The notes under the pieces: model-generated | Told to the model about the DNA's origin: nothing | The model's input: only the letters and a program-made list of their open reading frames with translations | The model's database searches: none | Program-made: the position numbers and the translations under genes | In this document: piece after piece, positions 9,102-17,822 of the stretch | How the letters are laid out: each line of letters begins with the position of its first letter | Numbering within the stretch: the first letter of the stretch is position 1 | Assembly: GCA_031272415.1 (NCBI GenBank) | Contig: JAISTU010000151.1 | Location: 1 to 37,590 of the forward strand | From: Bacteroidales bacterium | GTDB taxonomy: Bacteria; Bacteroidota; Bacteroidia; Bacteroidales; WCHB1-69 | Direction of reading: 5' to 3' | DNA length: 37,590 nt

Positions 9102-10361
9102 TTATGCTTCTCTGTCCATTTGAGCGAATAATTTCACAATATTGACAATTGTATGCACGCATTTTTGCATGCTTTCTACTACAATGTATTCATATTTTCC
9201 GTGAAAATTGTGTCCGCCGGTGAAAATGTTAGGGCAAGGTAGCCCCATAAATGAAAGTTTGGCGCCGTCAGTGCCGCCTCTGATAGGAACAATTTTAGGC
9301 TTTACTCCCGCTTGTTGCATCGCTTTTTTTGCTATATCAACAATGAATTGCACAGGCTCTATTTGTGATTTCATGTTAAAATATTGGTCTTTGATTTGGC
9401 ATGAAATCTTATTATTGTATTTTGTATTTAATTGATTAACAATGTTTTGCAATAGTTTTTTTTTCTCTTCAAATTTTTGTTTATCATGTTCTCTGATGAG
9501 ATAGGTCATAGTTGTTTTCTCAACGCTACCTGTAATATTTTCCAAAAAGAAAAAGCCCTGATAATTATCGGTATATTCAGGTTTTTCGGTGGGGGGGAGA
9601 AGTGTCTCCAATTCTATTGCAATTTGTTGAGAATTAAGCATTTTATTTTTTGCTTCGCCCGGATGTATGTTTAATCCTTCGATAACAATATCCGCTTTTG
9701 CTGCATTAAAATTCTCAAACTCCAACTCGCCGATACCACCACCGTCAATAGTGTAGGCATAATTTACTCCAAATGCTTGAATATCAAACAAATCAATTCC
9801 TGTACCAATCTCCTCGTCAGGTGTAAAGGCAATACCGATTTTTCCATGTTTAATTTGAGGATTTTTGAGCAAAATTTCCATCGCAGTCAATATTTCTGCA
9901 ATTCCTGCCTTATCATCTGCTCCTAAAAGAGATGTGCCGTCCGTGTGAATGATTGTATCTCCTTGATATTGAGTTAGTTCTGGAAATTGTTGGGGCGATA
10001 AGACTATGTTTTCTTTTTCATTTAGCACAATATCGCCTCCATTGTAAGGTGAAACAAAACGTGGATGTTCGCAAATGCCTCTAAATGAGGGAGATGTATC
10101 TAAATGGGCAAAAAAACCGACCGCAGGTATATCTTTGTCCGTATTGGCGGGTAAAAAGGCGGTTAAATAGCCATTTTTGTCTGTTTTCACCTCTTTTAGC
10201 CCCATTTTTTGCATCTCTTTTGACAAATATTGTGCAAAAAACAGTTGAGAGCGAGTGCTTGGACGTGTAGCAGTGGTCTCATCAGACTGTGTATCGTATG
10301 CAATGTAAGTTGTAAAACGCTCCAATAATGCGTTTTTGATTTCTATTTCATTGATATTCAT
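9102..10361 (-). CDS. pepT: Peptidase T (tripeptide aminopeptidase, M20B family)
   Basis: 419 aa, collinear with E. coli PepT motifs: HLDTSP, LLGADDKAGIAEI, AFTPDEEIG, YTIDGGGIGELEFENFNAA, PIRGGTDGAKLSFMGLPCPNIFTGGHNFHGKYE. Confidence 0.93.
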   Translation of the reverse strand: MNINEIEIKNALLERFTTYIAYDTQSDETTATRPSTRSQLFFAQYLSKEMQKMGLKEVKTDKNGYLTAFLPANTDKDIPAVGFFAHLDTSPSFRGICEHPRFVSPYNGGDIVLNEKENIVLSPQQFPELTQYQGDTIIHTDGTSLLGADDKAGIAEILTAMEILLKNPQIKHGKIGIAFTPDEEIGTGIDLFDIQAFGVNYAYTIDGGGIGELEFENFNAAKADIVIEGLNIHPGEAKNKMLNSQQIAIELETLLPPTEKPEYTDNYQGFFFLENITGSVEKTTMTYLIREHDKQKFEEKKKLLQNIVNQLNTKYNNKISCQIKDQYFNMKSQIEPVQFIVDIAKKAMQQAGVKPKIVPIRGGTDGAKLSFMGLPCPNIFTGGHNFHGKYEYIVVESMQKCVHTIVNIVKLFAQMDREA

Positions 10362-11674
10362 TGTTTTACAGCAGGACGTGAATGGTCTTTTAATGTTTTG
10401 ATTTTTTGATTATTTTTATACAAAACTTCCAAAATAACTGTTCCATTGGCAGTGTAGTAAGTCCATTTGCCTTCTTTTGAGAGCATTTTGTATTGTCCTT
10501 TTGCTTTGATTTGCTGATTGGAGTAATAATCTATCCATTTTCCGTTCGGCACGTCATCGGTAAATGCTTGTTGGCGGGTGCGACGACCATATTTATCATT
10601 GTAAAAAGTCCACATTCCATTGCGTTTGTTGGCACGATAGTTGCCTTCTTCGAGTGGTTTTCCAAATTCGGAATATTGTGTCCATTTGCCGTCTTTGAGA
10701 CCTGATTTATATTTTCCGCTTTTTTGAATATTACCGCTTTCCCAAAAATATTGTGCAGTCCCATGTTCCATATCATCTTTAAAATCAATGACATATTTCT
10801 TTTGTCCATTAGGATACCAGCCTGTCCATGTTTTGCATCTCAATCCTGCACAAAACCAGCCCTCATCTTCTTTTTTGCCACTTTCATACCACTGCGTCCA
10901 CAGACTATCTTCTTTGTCGTTTTCAAATTTACCCTCCCGTTGTTTTTTGCCCGATTCGTACCATGCTGTCCAGATTCCGCTGCGTTTGTCGTCAACAAAA
11001 TTACCTTTTTTCCAGACCTCTCCACTTTGGTAGAAATATTTCCATTCACCTTGTCGTAATCCTTTGGAAAACAAGCCTTTACTGCCCAACGAAGAGTCTG
11101 AATAATAAAATTTCCATTCACCTTCTTGCAAACCATTGGTCATATTTCCTTCCATTTCAATCGCACCGTTGGCATACCACCATTTTGTAAATCCCTCAAA
11201 TTCACCATCTTTGTAAAAACCTTCGCACATTTTTTGTCCATTGGGGTGATATTCAATGTATTGTCCTTGCAAAACATCAAAAATATATCTGCATTCTTTT
11301 TGCAATTGACCGTTGGAATAATAAAAATTCCATACACTATCTTTTTGATAATCAAGATAATAGCCTGAACTTTCTAAATGACCGTCTTTGTACCACGTTT
11401 TGACAAAACCTGTTTGTGGGTAGCCTTCGGATGCTTTTTGTTCATTTTCGTACCAAGTAGTCCAAAAACCGATTTTGAGTCCTTTTTCATACTCCCCTTC
11501 GGCTTGTTTTTGTCCATTTTTGTAGTAATAAATCCATTTTCCATGAGGTAAATTGTCCGACAATGTACCTTCAAATTTTTTATTCCCATTGGAGTATAAT
11601 TCGGTCAATGGCTGCGCTTTTGTCGCTACAATGCAACAACTTAAAAAACAACAATATATGATTTTTTTATTCAT
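10358..11674 (-). CDS. Secreted MORN-variant repeat protein (YwqK-like repeat family)
   Basis: 438 aa with an N-terminal signal peptide (MNKKIIYCCFLSCCIVATKAQ). It has about 15 tandem repeats of the G.W..(W/Y)Y.NGQK..EG.Y..G...G.W type. Its TGA stop overlaps the pepT ATG (ATGA). Confidence 0.75.
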   Translation of the reverse strand: MNKKIIYCCFLSCCIVATKAQPLTELYSNGNKKFEGTLSDNLPHGKWIYYYKNGQKQAEGEYEKGLKIGFWTTWYENEQKASEGYPQTGFVKTWYKDGHLESSGYYLDYQKDSVWNFYYSNGQLQKECRYIFDVLQGQYIEYHPNGQKMCEGFYKDGEFEGFTKWWYANGAIEMEGNMTNGLQEGEWKFYYSDSSLGSKGLFSKGLRQGEWKYFYQSGEVWKKGNFVDDKRSGIWTAWYESGKKQREGKFENDKEDSLWTQWYESGKKEDEGWFCAGLRCKTWTGWYPNGQKKYVIDFKDDMEHGTAQYFWESGNIQKSGKYKSGLKDGKWTQYSEFGKPLEEGNYRANKRNGMWTFYNDKYGRRTRQQAFTDDVPNGKWIDYYSNQQIKAKGQYKMLSKEGKWTYYTANGTVILEVLYKNNQKIKTLKDHSRPAVKQ

Positions 11675-11747
11675 CTGTTTTGTAAACTTTTAACCCAAAT
11701 AATAAAATATATTTTTTTAACGTACCCGAAAATGAGTACCCATTTTA

Positions 11748-11823
11748 CAAAAATACACCTTTTCTTCAATTAAAAATTAAAAACTTTTTTTTTAGAGTGG
11801 AAAGTGTAGAGATTTTTTTTTGC
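11748..11823 (-). repeat. Promoter-bearing intergenic repeat cassette, copy A (upstream of the MORN gene)
   Basis: -7 box caaaaata at 11748-11755 (minus TATTTTTG), then caattaaaaattaaaaac, a T-run, heptads agagtggaaagtgtagag (11794-11812) and T9-GCATT. Confidence 0.7.
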
Positions 11824-11922
11824 ATTGTCTGAACTATGATTTTGAATGATTTGCGTGATTTATATGATTATTTTAATCCTGTTAATTTTATAAACCTCAT
11901 AAAAAAATCACAGTTCACACAA
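11824..11922. mobile_element. MITE-like element of about 99 bp with terminal inverted repeats ATTGTCTGAACTATGATTT / AAATCACAGTTCACACAA
   Basis: The left end attgtctgaactatgatttt and right end aaaatcacagttcacacaa are imperfect reverse complements. The same element type occurs at 32171-32268 and 26708-26894. It has no coding capacity. Confidence 0.65.
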
Positions 11923-11926
11923 AGAG

Positions 11927-11947
11927 ATTGCGGGCTTTACCCGCAAT
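11927..11947 (-). terminator. Stem-loop downstream of aroA, a candidate intrinsic terminator
   Basis: attgcggg-cttta-cccgcaat is a perfect 8-bp GC-rich stem with a 5-nt loop, 70 nt past the aroA stop. On the minus strand it is followed by ctctttgtg, only a weak U-tract. Confidence 0.45.
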
Positions 11948-12017
11948 GACGGTGTAGGATAATAAATGGTATAATTTAATATCAATTTGGTATTAATATC
12001 AATTTCTTTTTATCCTT

Positions 12018-13268
12018 TCATTTTTTGCATGGAATTTCTATCTTTTTTGATAGTTCTGCCCAAAAGGTAGGATAAGATTTTTTGACACAGTTTGGGTTAT
12101 TGATGACAATTTGTGAACATTTTTGAGAGAGAGCCGAAAATGCCATTGCCATACGGTGGTCGTTAAATGTTTGAAATTCAACTGTTTGTGGAATTGATTT
12201 TGTGGTAGGCGATAGTCGGAGGCAATGATTGTCGTGTTTAATATCTGCCCAAAGGGATAGATTTTTTTGCATACTTTCAATGCGATTACTTTCCTTAAAT
12301 GCAAGATTATCAACATTATAGAAAATTGCCGGCGTGCGACTGCCTGCACATAAAACGGCTAAATACGGCACCAAATCGGGGTTATTAGCACAATCCAACA
12401 GCAATTGAGACGGTTGTTGAGCCGAAATTTTGCATATTGCTACTCCTTGTGAGGTGTATGTGGTCTTTACCCCAAATGGTTCTACATGGTCGGCTATTAT
12501 GTTATCTTTCTGAATATCAGACTTTTGCAACCCTTTAATTTGCACTTTTGCATTTTTGGACAATGCTACCCAAACAAACCATACTGCTGCTGCTGACCAG
12601 TCCTGCTCAACGACAACAGTTTGCGGGGCTAAAAAAGAAGAATGTTTATAAAAAATCAGGTTTTCTTTTCTAACTATTTGAATACCAATCTGTTGCATTA
12701 GTTTGATGGTCATTTCTACATATTGTTGCGACAAGGTAGGCTGCTCAAAATTGACTACAATATCTTGCCCTACCAGTGGCAAAGAAAGCAAAATACTGCT
12801 CAAATATTGGCTACTTAATGATGTGTTTACGTGTATATTGTTGAAATTCAAATTTTTACCTTCTATTTGCAGTATAGGATGTGGATATTTTTGCAGGCAC
12901 TGAACATTTGCTCCAACTGCTTGTAAATCAGTTATTAACGGCTCAATCGGGCGATGAGATAATTGTTCATTGCCTTCCAAAATCCATTTACCTTTTATAT
13001 TTGCCAAGCAGGAGCACAAAAATCGGTAGGCAGCACCACAGTTGCCGACATTGATATTTGTTATACTATCGGGCGAACAATGGCGGATTTTTGAAAGTTG
13101 AGAGGCAAAAATTAAAGTATCTTCTGAATTTGATAAATTGTTGATTATCAAGTTATTATTGGCTGTAAATTGCAACATTAACAAGCGATTGGAAATGCTT
13201 TTTGAAGCAGGTAGTTCAACATTCAAATTTTGTGCAAGTTGAGCGTGATGAATTTTTATTTTGTGCAT
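12018..13268 (-). CDS. aroA: 3-phosphoshikimate 1-carboxyvinyltransferase (EPSP synthase)
   Basis: 416 aa with EPSP synthase motifs: LPASKSISNRLLML, GNCGAAYRFL, SHRPIEPL, SSQYLSSILL, FKESNRIESM, FNDHRMAMAFSAL. Confidence 0.9.
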   Translation of the reverse strand: MHKIKIHHAQLAQNLNVELPASKSISNRLLMLQFTANNNLIINNLSNSEDTLIFASQLSKIRHCSPDSITNINVGNCGAAYRFLCSCLANIKGKWILEGNEQLSHRPIEPLITDLQAVGANVQCLQKYPHPILQIEGKNLNFNNIHVNTSLSSQYLSSILLSLPLVGQDIVVNFEQPTLSQQYVEMTIKLMQQIGIQIVRKENLIFYKHSSFLAPQTVVVEQDWSAAAVWFVWVALSKNAKVQIKGLQKSDIQKDNIIADHVEPFGVKTTYTSQGVAICKISAQQPSQLLLDCANNPDLVPYLAVLCAGSRTPAIFYNVDNLAFKESNRIESMQKNLSLWADIKHDNHCLRLSPTTKSIPQTVEFQTFNDHRMAMAFSALSQKCSQIVINNPNCVKKSYPTFWAELSKKIEIPCKK

Positions 13269-13286
13269 TTTGTAATTTATTGATTT

Positions 13287-14501
13287 TCAATCCATTCTTA
13301 AAGCGTCAACTGTTTTTATTTTATTTGAAACCCAATACGAAGGGAGTATTAAAATCAAGATACTCAACAATATAGCACCTGCATTGATGAGCAAAACGTG
13401 CAAAATCTGAACATCAATGGGGACATACGAAACGTAATAATTTTCAGGATTTAAACGGATAATATGCCACTTCGACTGCACAAAACAGAGCAACAAACCC
13501 GCCACATTGCCGATAATTAGCCCCAATGCGAGTATTTTTAACAAAACAAAAACAAAAATATTGCCGATTTTTGCATAATTGCACCCCAAAGTTTTCAAAA
13601 TGCCGATAGTTGTAATATGTTCCAAAGTAAAAATAAATTGTGTAGAAATAAGGCTCACGGCGGCGATAATTGTAATCAATATTATCAAAATCAACACGTT
13701 CTGTTTAAAAAGTTCTATCCATTCAAATATGTCCCGATAGCGTTCTATGATGCTATAGGCAGCAAAATTATATGGTAAAGCATTGTTTATCAATGTATTA
13801 GACGTATCAATTTTGTTAAAATCATTCAATAAAATTTCTGCACCGCCGACTTGATTTTGTGTCCATTGATTTAATTTTTGTATTTGTCGTAAATCACATA
13901 TAATCAATGACTTATCAAAAGTTGAAAAGCCTGTATTATAAACTCCCACCACTTTAAACATACGCTGTCTGACCGGCTTTTGGACAAAAAATGCAGGCAA
14001 ACGGGTCGCCGTATCCGCATTCAATTTATTTGCTAACGATTGAGAAATCAAAATTTCATCACATACAGCAGAATCATTTGCTTTGGGGAGGCGACCTTTG
14101 ACAAGATGTTGCGAAAAAAATGGCATAGAATCCTCATAATCAACACCTTTGAACAACACACCCTCAATATCTTCTTCACCTTGCACAATTCCTGCTTTGG
14201 TGGCAAAAAATTGTACTTTTGAAACATTGTAAATAGATGTAAGTTGCTGTAAATCAATCTTTTCAATAGGGTCATTTTCATAAGAAGTATTATTGTTCAA
14301 ATGCGTAACCTCAATATGCGAACCAAATCCGATGACTTTCTCCCGAATATTGTCCGCAAACCCTTCCGAAATGGCAAAAGATATAATTAAAATACTGATA
14401 CCCAAAGCAATAGAAAGAACAGAAATTTTGACCACTGTTCCCGAAAGCCGTTTATTTTTTTGCGAAAGAATTTTTTGCGAAATAAAAAAACTGATATTCA
14501 T
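13287..14501 (-). CDS. ABC transporter permease, FtsX/LolC/LolE-like
   Basis: 404 aa. It has an N-terminal TM helix, a large periplasmic domain and a C-terminal 3-TM FtsX-type domain (IGILKTLGCNYAKIGNIFVF...). Confidence 0.7.
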   Translation of the reverse strand: MNISFFISQKILSQKNKRLSGTVVKISVLSIALGISILIISFAISEGFADNIREKVIGFGSHIEVTHLNNNTSYENDPIEKIDLQQLTSIYNVSKVQFFATKAGIVQGEEDIEGVLFKGVDYEDSMPFFSQHLVKGRLPKANDSAVCDEILISQSLANKLNADTATRLPAFFVQKPVRQRMFKVVGVYNTGFSTFDKSLIICDLRQIQKLNQWTQNQVGGAEILLNDFNKIDTSNTLINNALPYNFAAYSIIERYRDIFEWIELFKQNVLILIILITIIAAVSLISTQFIFTLEHITTIGILKTLGCNYAKIGNIFVFVLLKILALGLIIGNVAGLLLCFVQSKWHIIRLNPENYYVSYVPIDVQILHVLLINAGAILLSILILILPSYWVSNKIKTVDALRMD

Positions 14502-14507
14502 AATGGT

Positions 14508-15110
14508 TTAACGCAAAAAAACATGTATCCCTACCGCATAATTTAAGCCTGTAAATTGCGAATTATCGGCGAAAGAATAAAGCAAATAACCATAAGTCGC
14601 AATTCGCTCAAATTTGCGATAAAAACCGCCGCCGACACGGAAAATATTTGACCATTGTCGCTCATTAACCCATTGATTATGAGTGTTGAGTATATAATTT
14701 TCAAAATTTACGATTTCGTATTCCGCCCTAATTCCCACATAATTAAAAATATGCGCCTCAGCAAAAATTTTTCCACCGAAAGTATGGTTACTTATTTTTG
14801 TATTTGCCTCATATACAAGCGTATAATTCACTCCCACGCCGGCTGCCATCCAATCTTTCAAAAAATGATACGCCGCCTCCGGTTTCAACGCCAACAAAAT
14901 ATAATTGCCGATAGCCAAACCCACATTGCCCCCAACAGAAATATTTTCTAAATAAGACTTATCTTTGCCTTGTTTGGGTGGCTCGCTTGCCCGATGATAA
15001 GTAACATCTATATCTTCTTGACAATAGGCTGATAATGAGCGCATTGTAAATAAAAATATAAAAACAGGCAGCCATCGGTATTTATTGTTTAAAATTTTGT
15101 TTATTTTCAT
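14508..15110 (-). CDS. Hypothetical small outer-membrane beta-barrel-like protein
   Basis: 200 aa with a signal peptide (LPVFIFLFTMRSLSAYCQ). It shows alternating aromatic/glycine beta-strand patterning and a C-terminal aromatic-rich strand (YAVGIHVFLR). Confidence 0.45.
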   Translation of the reverse strand: MKINKILNNKYRWLPVFIFLFTMRSLSAYCQEDIDVTYHRASEPPKQGKDKSYLENISVGGNVGLAIGNYILLALKPEAAYHFLKDWMAAGVGVNYTLVYEANTKISNHTFGGKIFAEAHIFNYVGIRAEYEIVNFENYILNTHNQWVNERQWSNIFRVGGGFYRKFERIATYGYLLYSFADNSQFTGLNYAVGIHVFLR

Positions 15111-15147
15111 GTATTTATATGATTATCAATTGTTTATGTATTAAAAT

Positions 15148-15684
15148 TTATTTTTCTGTGGCTTCAAATTGCAACAATTCTTTTTTGAGTGTTTTTCCCC
15201 ATCTATAATTTCCTAATTCTCCTGTGGCTTTAATCACTCTGTGACAAGGAATTAGAATAGAAATCGGATTGTTTCCAACTGCATTTCCAACGGCTCGACA
15301 GGCAGATGATTTACCAATCTGTTGTGCTATTTGTCCGTATGTAACTCTTTGATTATAAGGAATTTCCAATAATTTATCCCATACTTTGCACTCAAAATCA
15401 CTACCTTTGATATGAAATTTTGGTATATTTTGATGACTTTTGTCCCAATTTTGCAATATTTCAATTGTTTTTTGTTGAATAGCATCCGATTGCGACCTTA
15501 AAATGGCATTTTTATATCTCCGTTTTAAGTCGTCAATGGCTTCCTCTTCACTTGTCGCAAACAACAAAGCACACAGGCCTTTTTCGGAAGTTGCCAACAA
15601 AACTTTTCCCCATTTTATGGTGTAAAATTTATAATTCAAATGCAAATTATTGTATTCTTGAACGCTCATAGTTTCAATTTTCAT
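15148..15684 (-). CDS. ogt: Methylated-DNA-[protein]-cysteine S-methyltransferase
   Basis: 178 aa with active-site IPCHRVI, preceded by YGQIAQQIGKSSACRAVGNAVGNNPISILIPCHRV. The start could also be the Met 5 codons downstream (15669). Confidence 0.85.
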   Translation of the reverse strand: MKIETMSVQEYNNLHLNYKFYTIKWGKVLLATSEKGLCALLFATSEEEAIDDLKRRYKNAILRSQSDAIQQKTIEILQNWDKSHQNIPKFHIKGSDFECKVWDKLLEIPYNQRVTYGQIAQQIGKSSACRAVGNAVGNNPISILIPCHRVIKATGELGNYRWGKTLKKELLQFEATEK

Positions 15685-15708
15685 TCTCCTAAATTATTAA
15701 ATGTTTTA

Positions 15709-15804
15709 CAAAAATACACCTTTTTGTCAATTAAAAATTAAAAAACTTTTTTTTAGAGTGTAGAGTGCAGATTTTTTGCATTTTGGGATAAAAACGTTCT
15801 AAAA
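15709..15804 (-). repeat. Promoter-bearing intergenic repeat cassette, copy B (archetype; upstream of ogt)
   Basis: caaaaata -7 box at 15709-15716, caattaaaaattaaaaaac, T8, heptads agagtgtagagtgcaga (15755-15771), then ttttttgcattttgggataaaaacgttctaaaa. About 85-90 percent identical by eye to the reverse complement of 37386-37494. Confidence 0.75.
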
Positions 15805-15900
15805 TTAAACATTTCTCGTCTGAACCGTACTGTCCGGTCTTAATCTGCAATTTCCACTTTTATACAATGGATTGTTTTTATGGCACTACGATATTATAAT

Positions 15901-15929
15901 GTAAAGACGGTGCATGCACCGTCTCTATA
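15901..15929 (-). terminator. Repeat-borne perfect palindrome GTAAAGACGGTGCATGCACCGTCTCTATA, a candidate terminator of the GH3 operon
   Basis: 15905-15924 agacggtgcatgcaccgtct is a perfect 20-nt palindrome, 35 nt past the nitroreductase stop. A shortened copy, gtaaagacggtgccgtctctata, is at 26767-26789. Confidence 0.5.
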
Positions 15930-15958
15930 TTTTCACTCAATTTTCCACTCTCCACTGA

Positions 15959-16486
15959 CTAATACTTATTATAACTAACTATTTCCTCTAATGATTTTCT
16001 GTTTTTATCTCTTTGATTATCAGCGGAATAGCCTACTGAAATGAGTAAAGGGACGCGTTTTCGTTGGGGTATGTGGAGCAGTTTTTTTGTTTTTTTTTCA
16101 TTAAACCACCCCACAATACAAGTTCCCAGTCCGAGTGTTGTTGCTTGCAAACAAAAATGTTCAGCCGCAATACCGATGTCTATGAGCGTGTAATCTTTTC
16201 TTTTAACAAAAGTGCCGACTTTTGACATAAAATTGGGCTTTTCAAGTATAATTGCCACAATAACAGGCGATTGTGTGAGAAATTTATTCATTCCCAAACT
16301 CGCAGAACATTCCGCGACTGCATTTTTCAATTCAGGCTCATCTATTACCACAAAATGCCACGCTTGTGCATTGCAGGCAGAAGGTGCCAATCGAGCCGCC
16401 TCTAAACATTGCGTAATCTTCTCATTTTCAACAGGCTGAGACTGATATGCACGCACACTTTGCCGTTTTTGTATGACTTCCAACAT
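15959..16486 (-). CDS. Nitroreductase family protein
   Basis: 175 aa with the N-terminal RQSVRAY motif, APSACNAQAWHFVVI, and a size typical of the NfnB/NfsA-like superfamily. Confidence 0.75.
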   Translation of the reverse strand: MLEVIQKRQSVRAYQSQPVENEKITQCLEAARLAPSACNAQAWHFVVIDEPELKNAVAECSASLGMNKFLTQSPVIVAIILEKPNFMSKVGTFVKRKDYTLIDIGIAAEHFCLQATTLGLGTCIVGWFNEKKTKKLLHIPQRKRVPLLISVGYSADNQRDKNRKSLEEIVSYNKY

Positions 16487-16515
16487 TTTTTATTGATTAT
16501 TTACAAAAATTGCCA

Positions 16516-17793
16516 CTAATTGACCAATCTTTTGTCCAAAATTACGCCGGTATCATATACACCTTTGTCCAATTTTTCTTTGATTTCGCAAAAGACTTTT
16601 ATGGTATATTCCACATCTTCCAGTTCGTGGGCAGCGGTGGGAATAAGTCTTAACATCACAATTCCTTTGGGGACAACAGGATAGATAACTATCGAGCAGA
16701 AAAGTGCATAATTTTCACGCAAATCCATTACCAAATTGGTTGCTTCTGCGACTGCTCTGTTTTGGTCGGTAGTAGTGGTGGTCAGCAATACAGGTGTTAC
16801 CGGCGAGAGCGTTGTGCCGATATTGAACCCTTTTTGCCGTAAAGCGTTTTGCAATGCGTGCGTAATTGTCCACAATTTTTCTCTCAATTGAGGCTGATTT
16901 TGCAACAATTCCAAGCGTTTTAAAGCCCCTATTACCATAGGCATGGGCAATGATTTGGCATAAATTTGAGACCGCATATTAAACCGCAGATAATCAACAA
17001 TTTCCTTTTCTGCGGCAACAAATGCACCAATGCCTGCCATGCTTTTGGCAAAAGTGGCAAAATGAACATCAATTTGGTCAGCCACGCCAAAATGTTCAGC
17101 CGTACCTGCACCTGTTTTTCCCATTGTGCCGAAACCGTGTGCATCATCAATCAAAATTCTGAAATTAAAATCTTTTTTCATGGCACAAATTTCGTCCAAT
17201 TTACCCAAATCGCCCGACATGCCAAACACACCTTCGGTAATGACCAAAATACCGCCTTCTTGCTCATTGGCAAATTTAGTTGCTCTTTGCAAAACCTCCC
17301 GCAGTTTTTCCATATTATTGTGTGGAAATACAAAACTGCGACCAATATGCAACCGCAAACCGTCTAAAATGCAAGCGTGTGCATCGGAATCATAAACGAT
17401 AATATCATGCCGATTGACCAATGAATCTACAATAGAAACCATTGCCTGATAGCCGAAATTGGTTAAATATCCGCATGGTTTTCCTACATGGTGGGCTAAT
17501 TTTTGCTCCAATTCTTTGTGGTATTTGGTGTCGCCGGACATCATTCTTGCACCCATCGGCGCTGCCATGCCAAATTCGGCGGCACCTTCGGCATCTGCTT
17601 TGCGAACTTGCGGATGATTTGCCAAACCTAAATAATTGTTTAAACTCCAATTTAAGACCTCTTTGTCCTGAAATTTCATGTGAGGACCTATCTCGCCCTC
17701 CAACTGTGGAAACATATAGTAACCATCAGCATACTGTTGATATTGCCCCAATGGACCGGGCGTTCCTTTTATTCTTTCAAAAATATCTCTCAT
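16516..17793 (-). CDS. PLP-dependent alpha-oxoamine synthase family acyltransferase (Kbl/BioF/Spt/cysteate-acyltransferase-like). The substrate cannot be resolved from sequence alone.
   Basis: 425 aa with NNYLGLANHP, GYQAMVSIV, ILIDDAHGFG and the PLP-lysine region FATFAKSMAGIGAFVAA. Confidence 0.8.
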   Translation of the reverse strand: MRDIFERIKGTPGPLGQYQQYADGYYMFPQLEGEIGPHMKFQDKEVLNWSLNNYLGLANHPQVRKADAEGAAEFGMAAPMGARMMSGDTKYHKELEQKLAHHVGKPCGYLTNFGYQAMVSIVDSLVNRHDIIVYDSDAHACILDGLRLHIGRSFVFPHNNMEKLREVLQRATKFANEQEGGILVITEGVFGMSGDLGKLDEICAMKKDFNFRILIDDAHGFGTMGKTGAGTAEHFGVADQIDVHFATFAKSMAGIGAFVAAEKEIVDYLRFNMRSQIYAKSLPMPMVIGALKRLELLQNQPQLREKLWTITHALQNALRQKGFNIGTTLSPVTPVLLTTTTTDQNRAVAEATNLVMDLRENYALFCSIVIYPVVPKGIVMLRLIPTAAHELEDVEYTIKVFCEIKEKLDKGVYDTGVILDKRLVN

Positions 17794-17822
17794 ATTCTAT
17801 TATGTAATTTCTTTATTTTCAA

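Noticed and set aside
9591-9597. A G7 run inside pepT as a second phase-variable tract
   Set aside because: It is short, encodes in-frame Pro-Pro in a well-conserved housekeeping enzyme, and has no flanking repeats.
10493-11589. A cluster of overlapping ORFs on both strands inside the MORN-repeat gene
   Set aside because: The repetitive G/W/Y/K-coding DNA keeps alternative frames open. Only the 438-aa frame has a signal peptide and coherent repeats.
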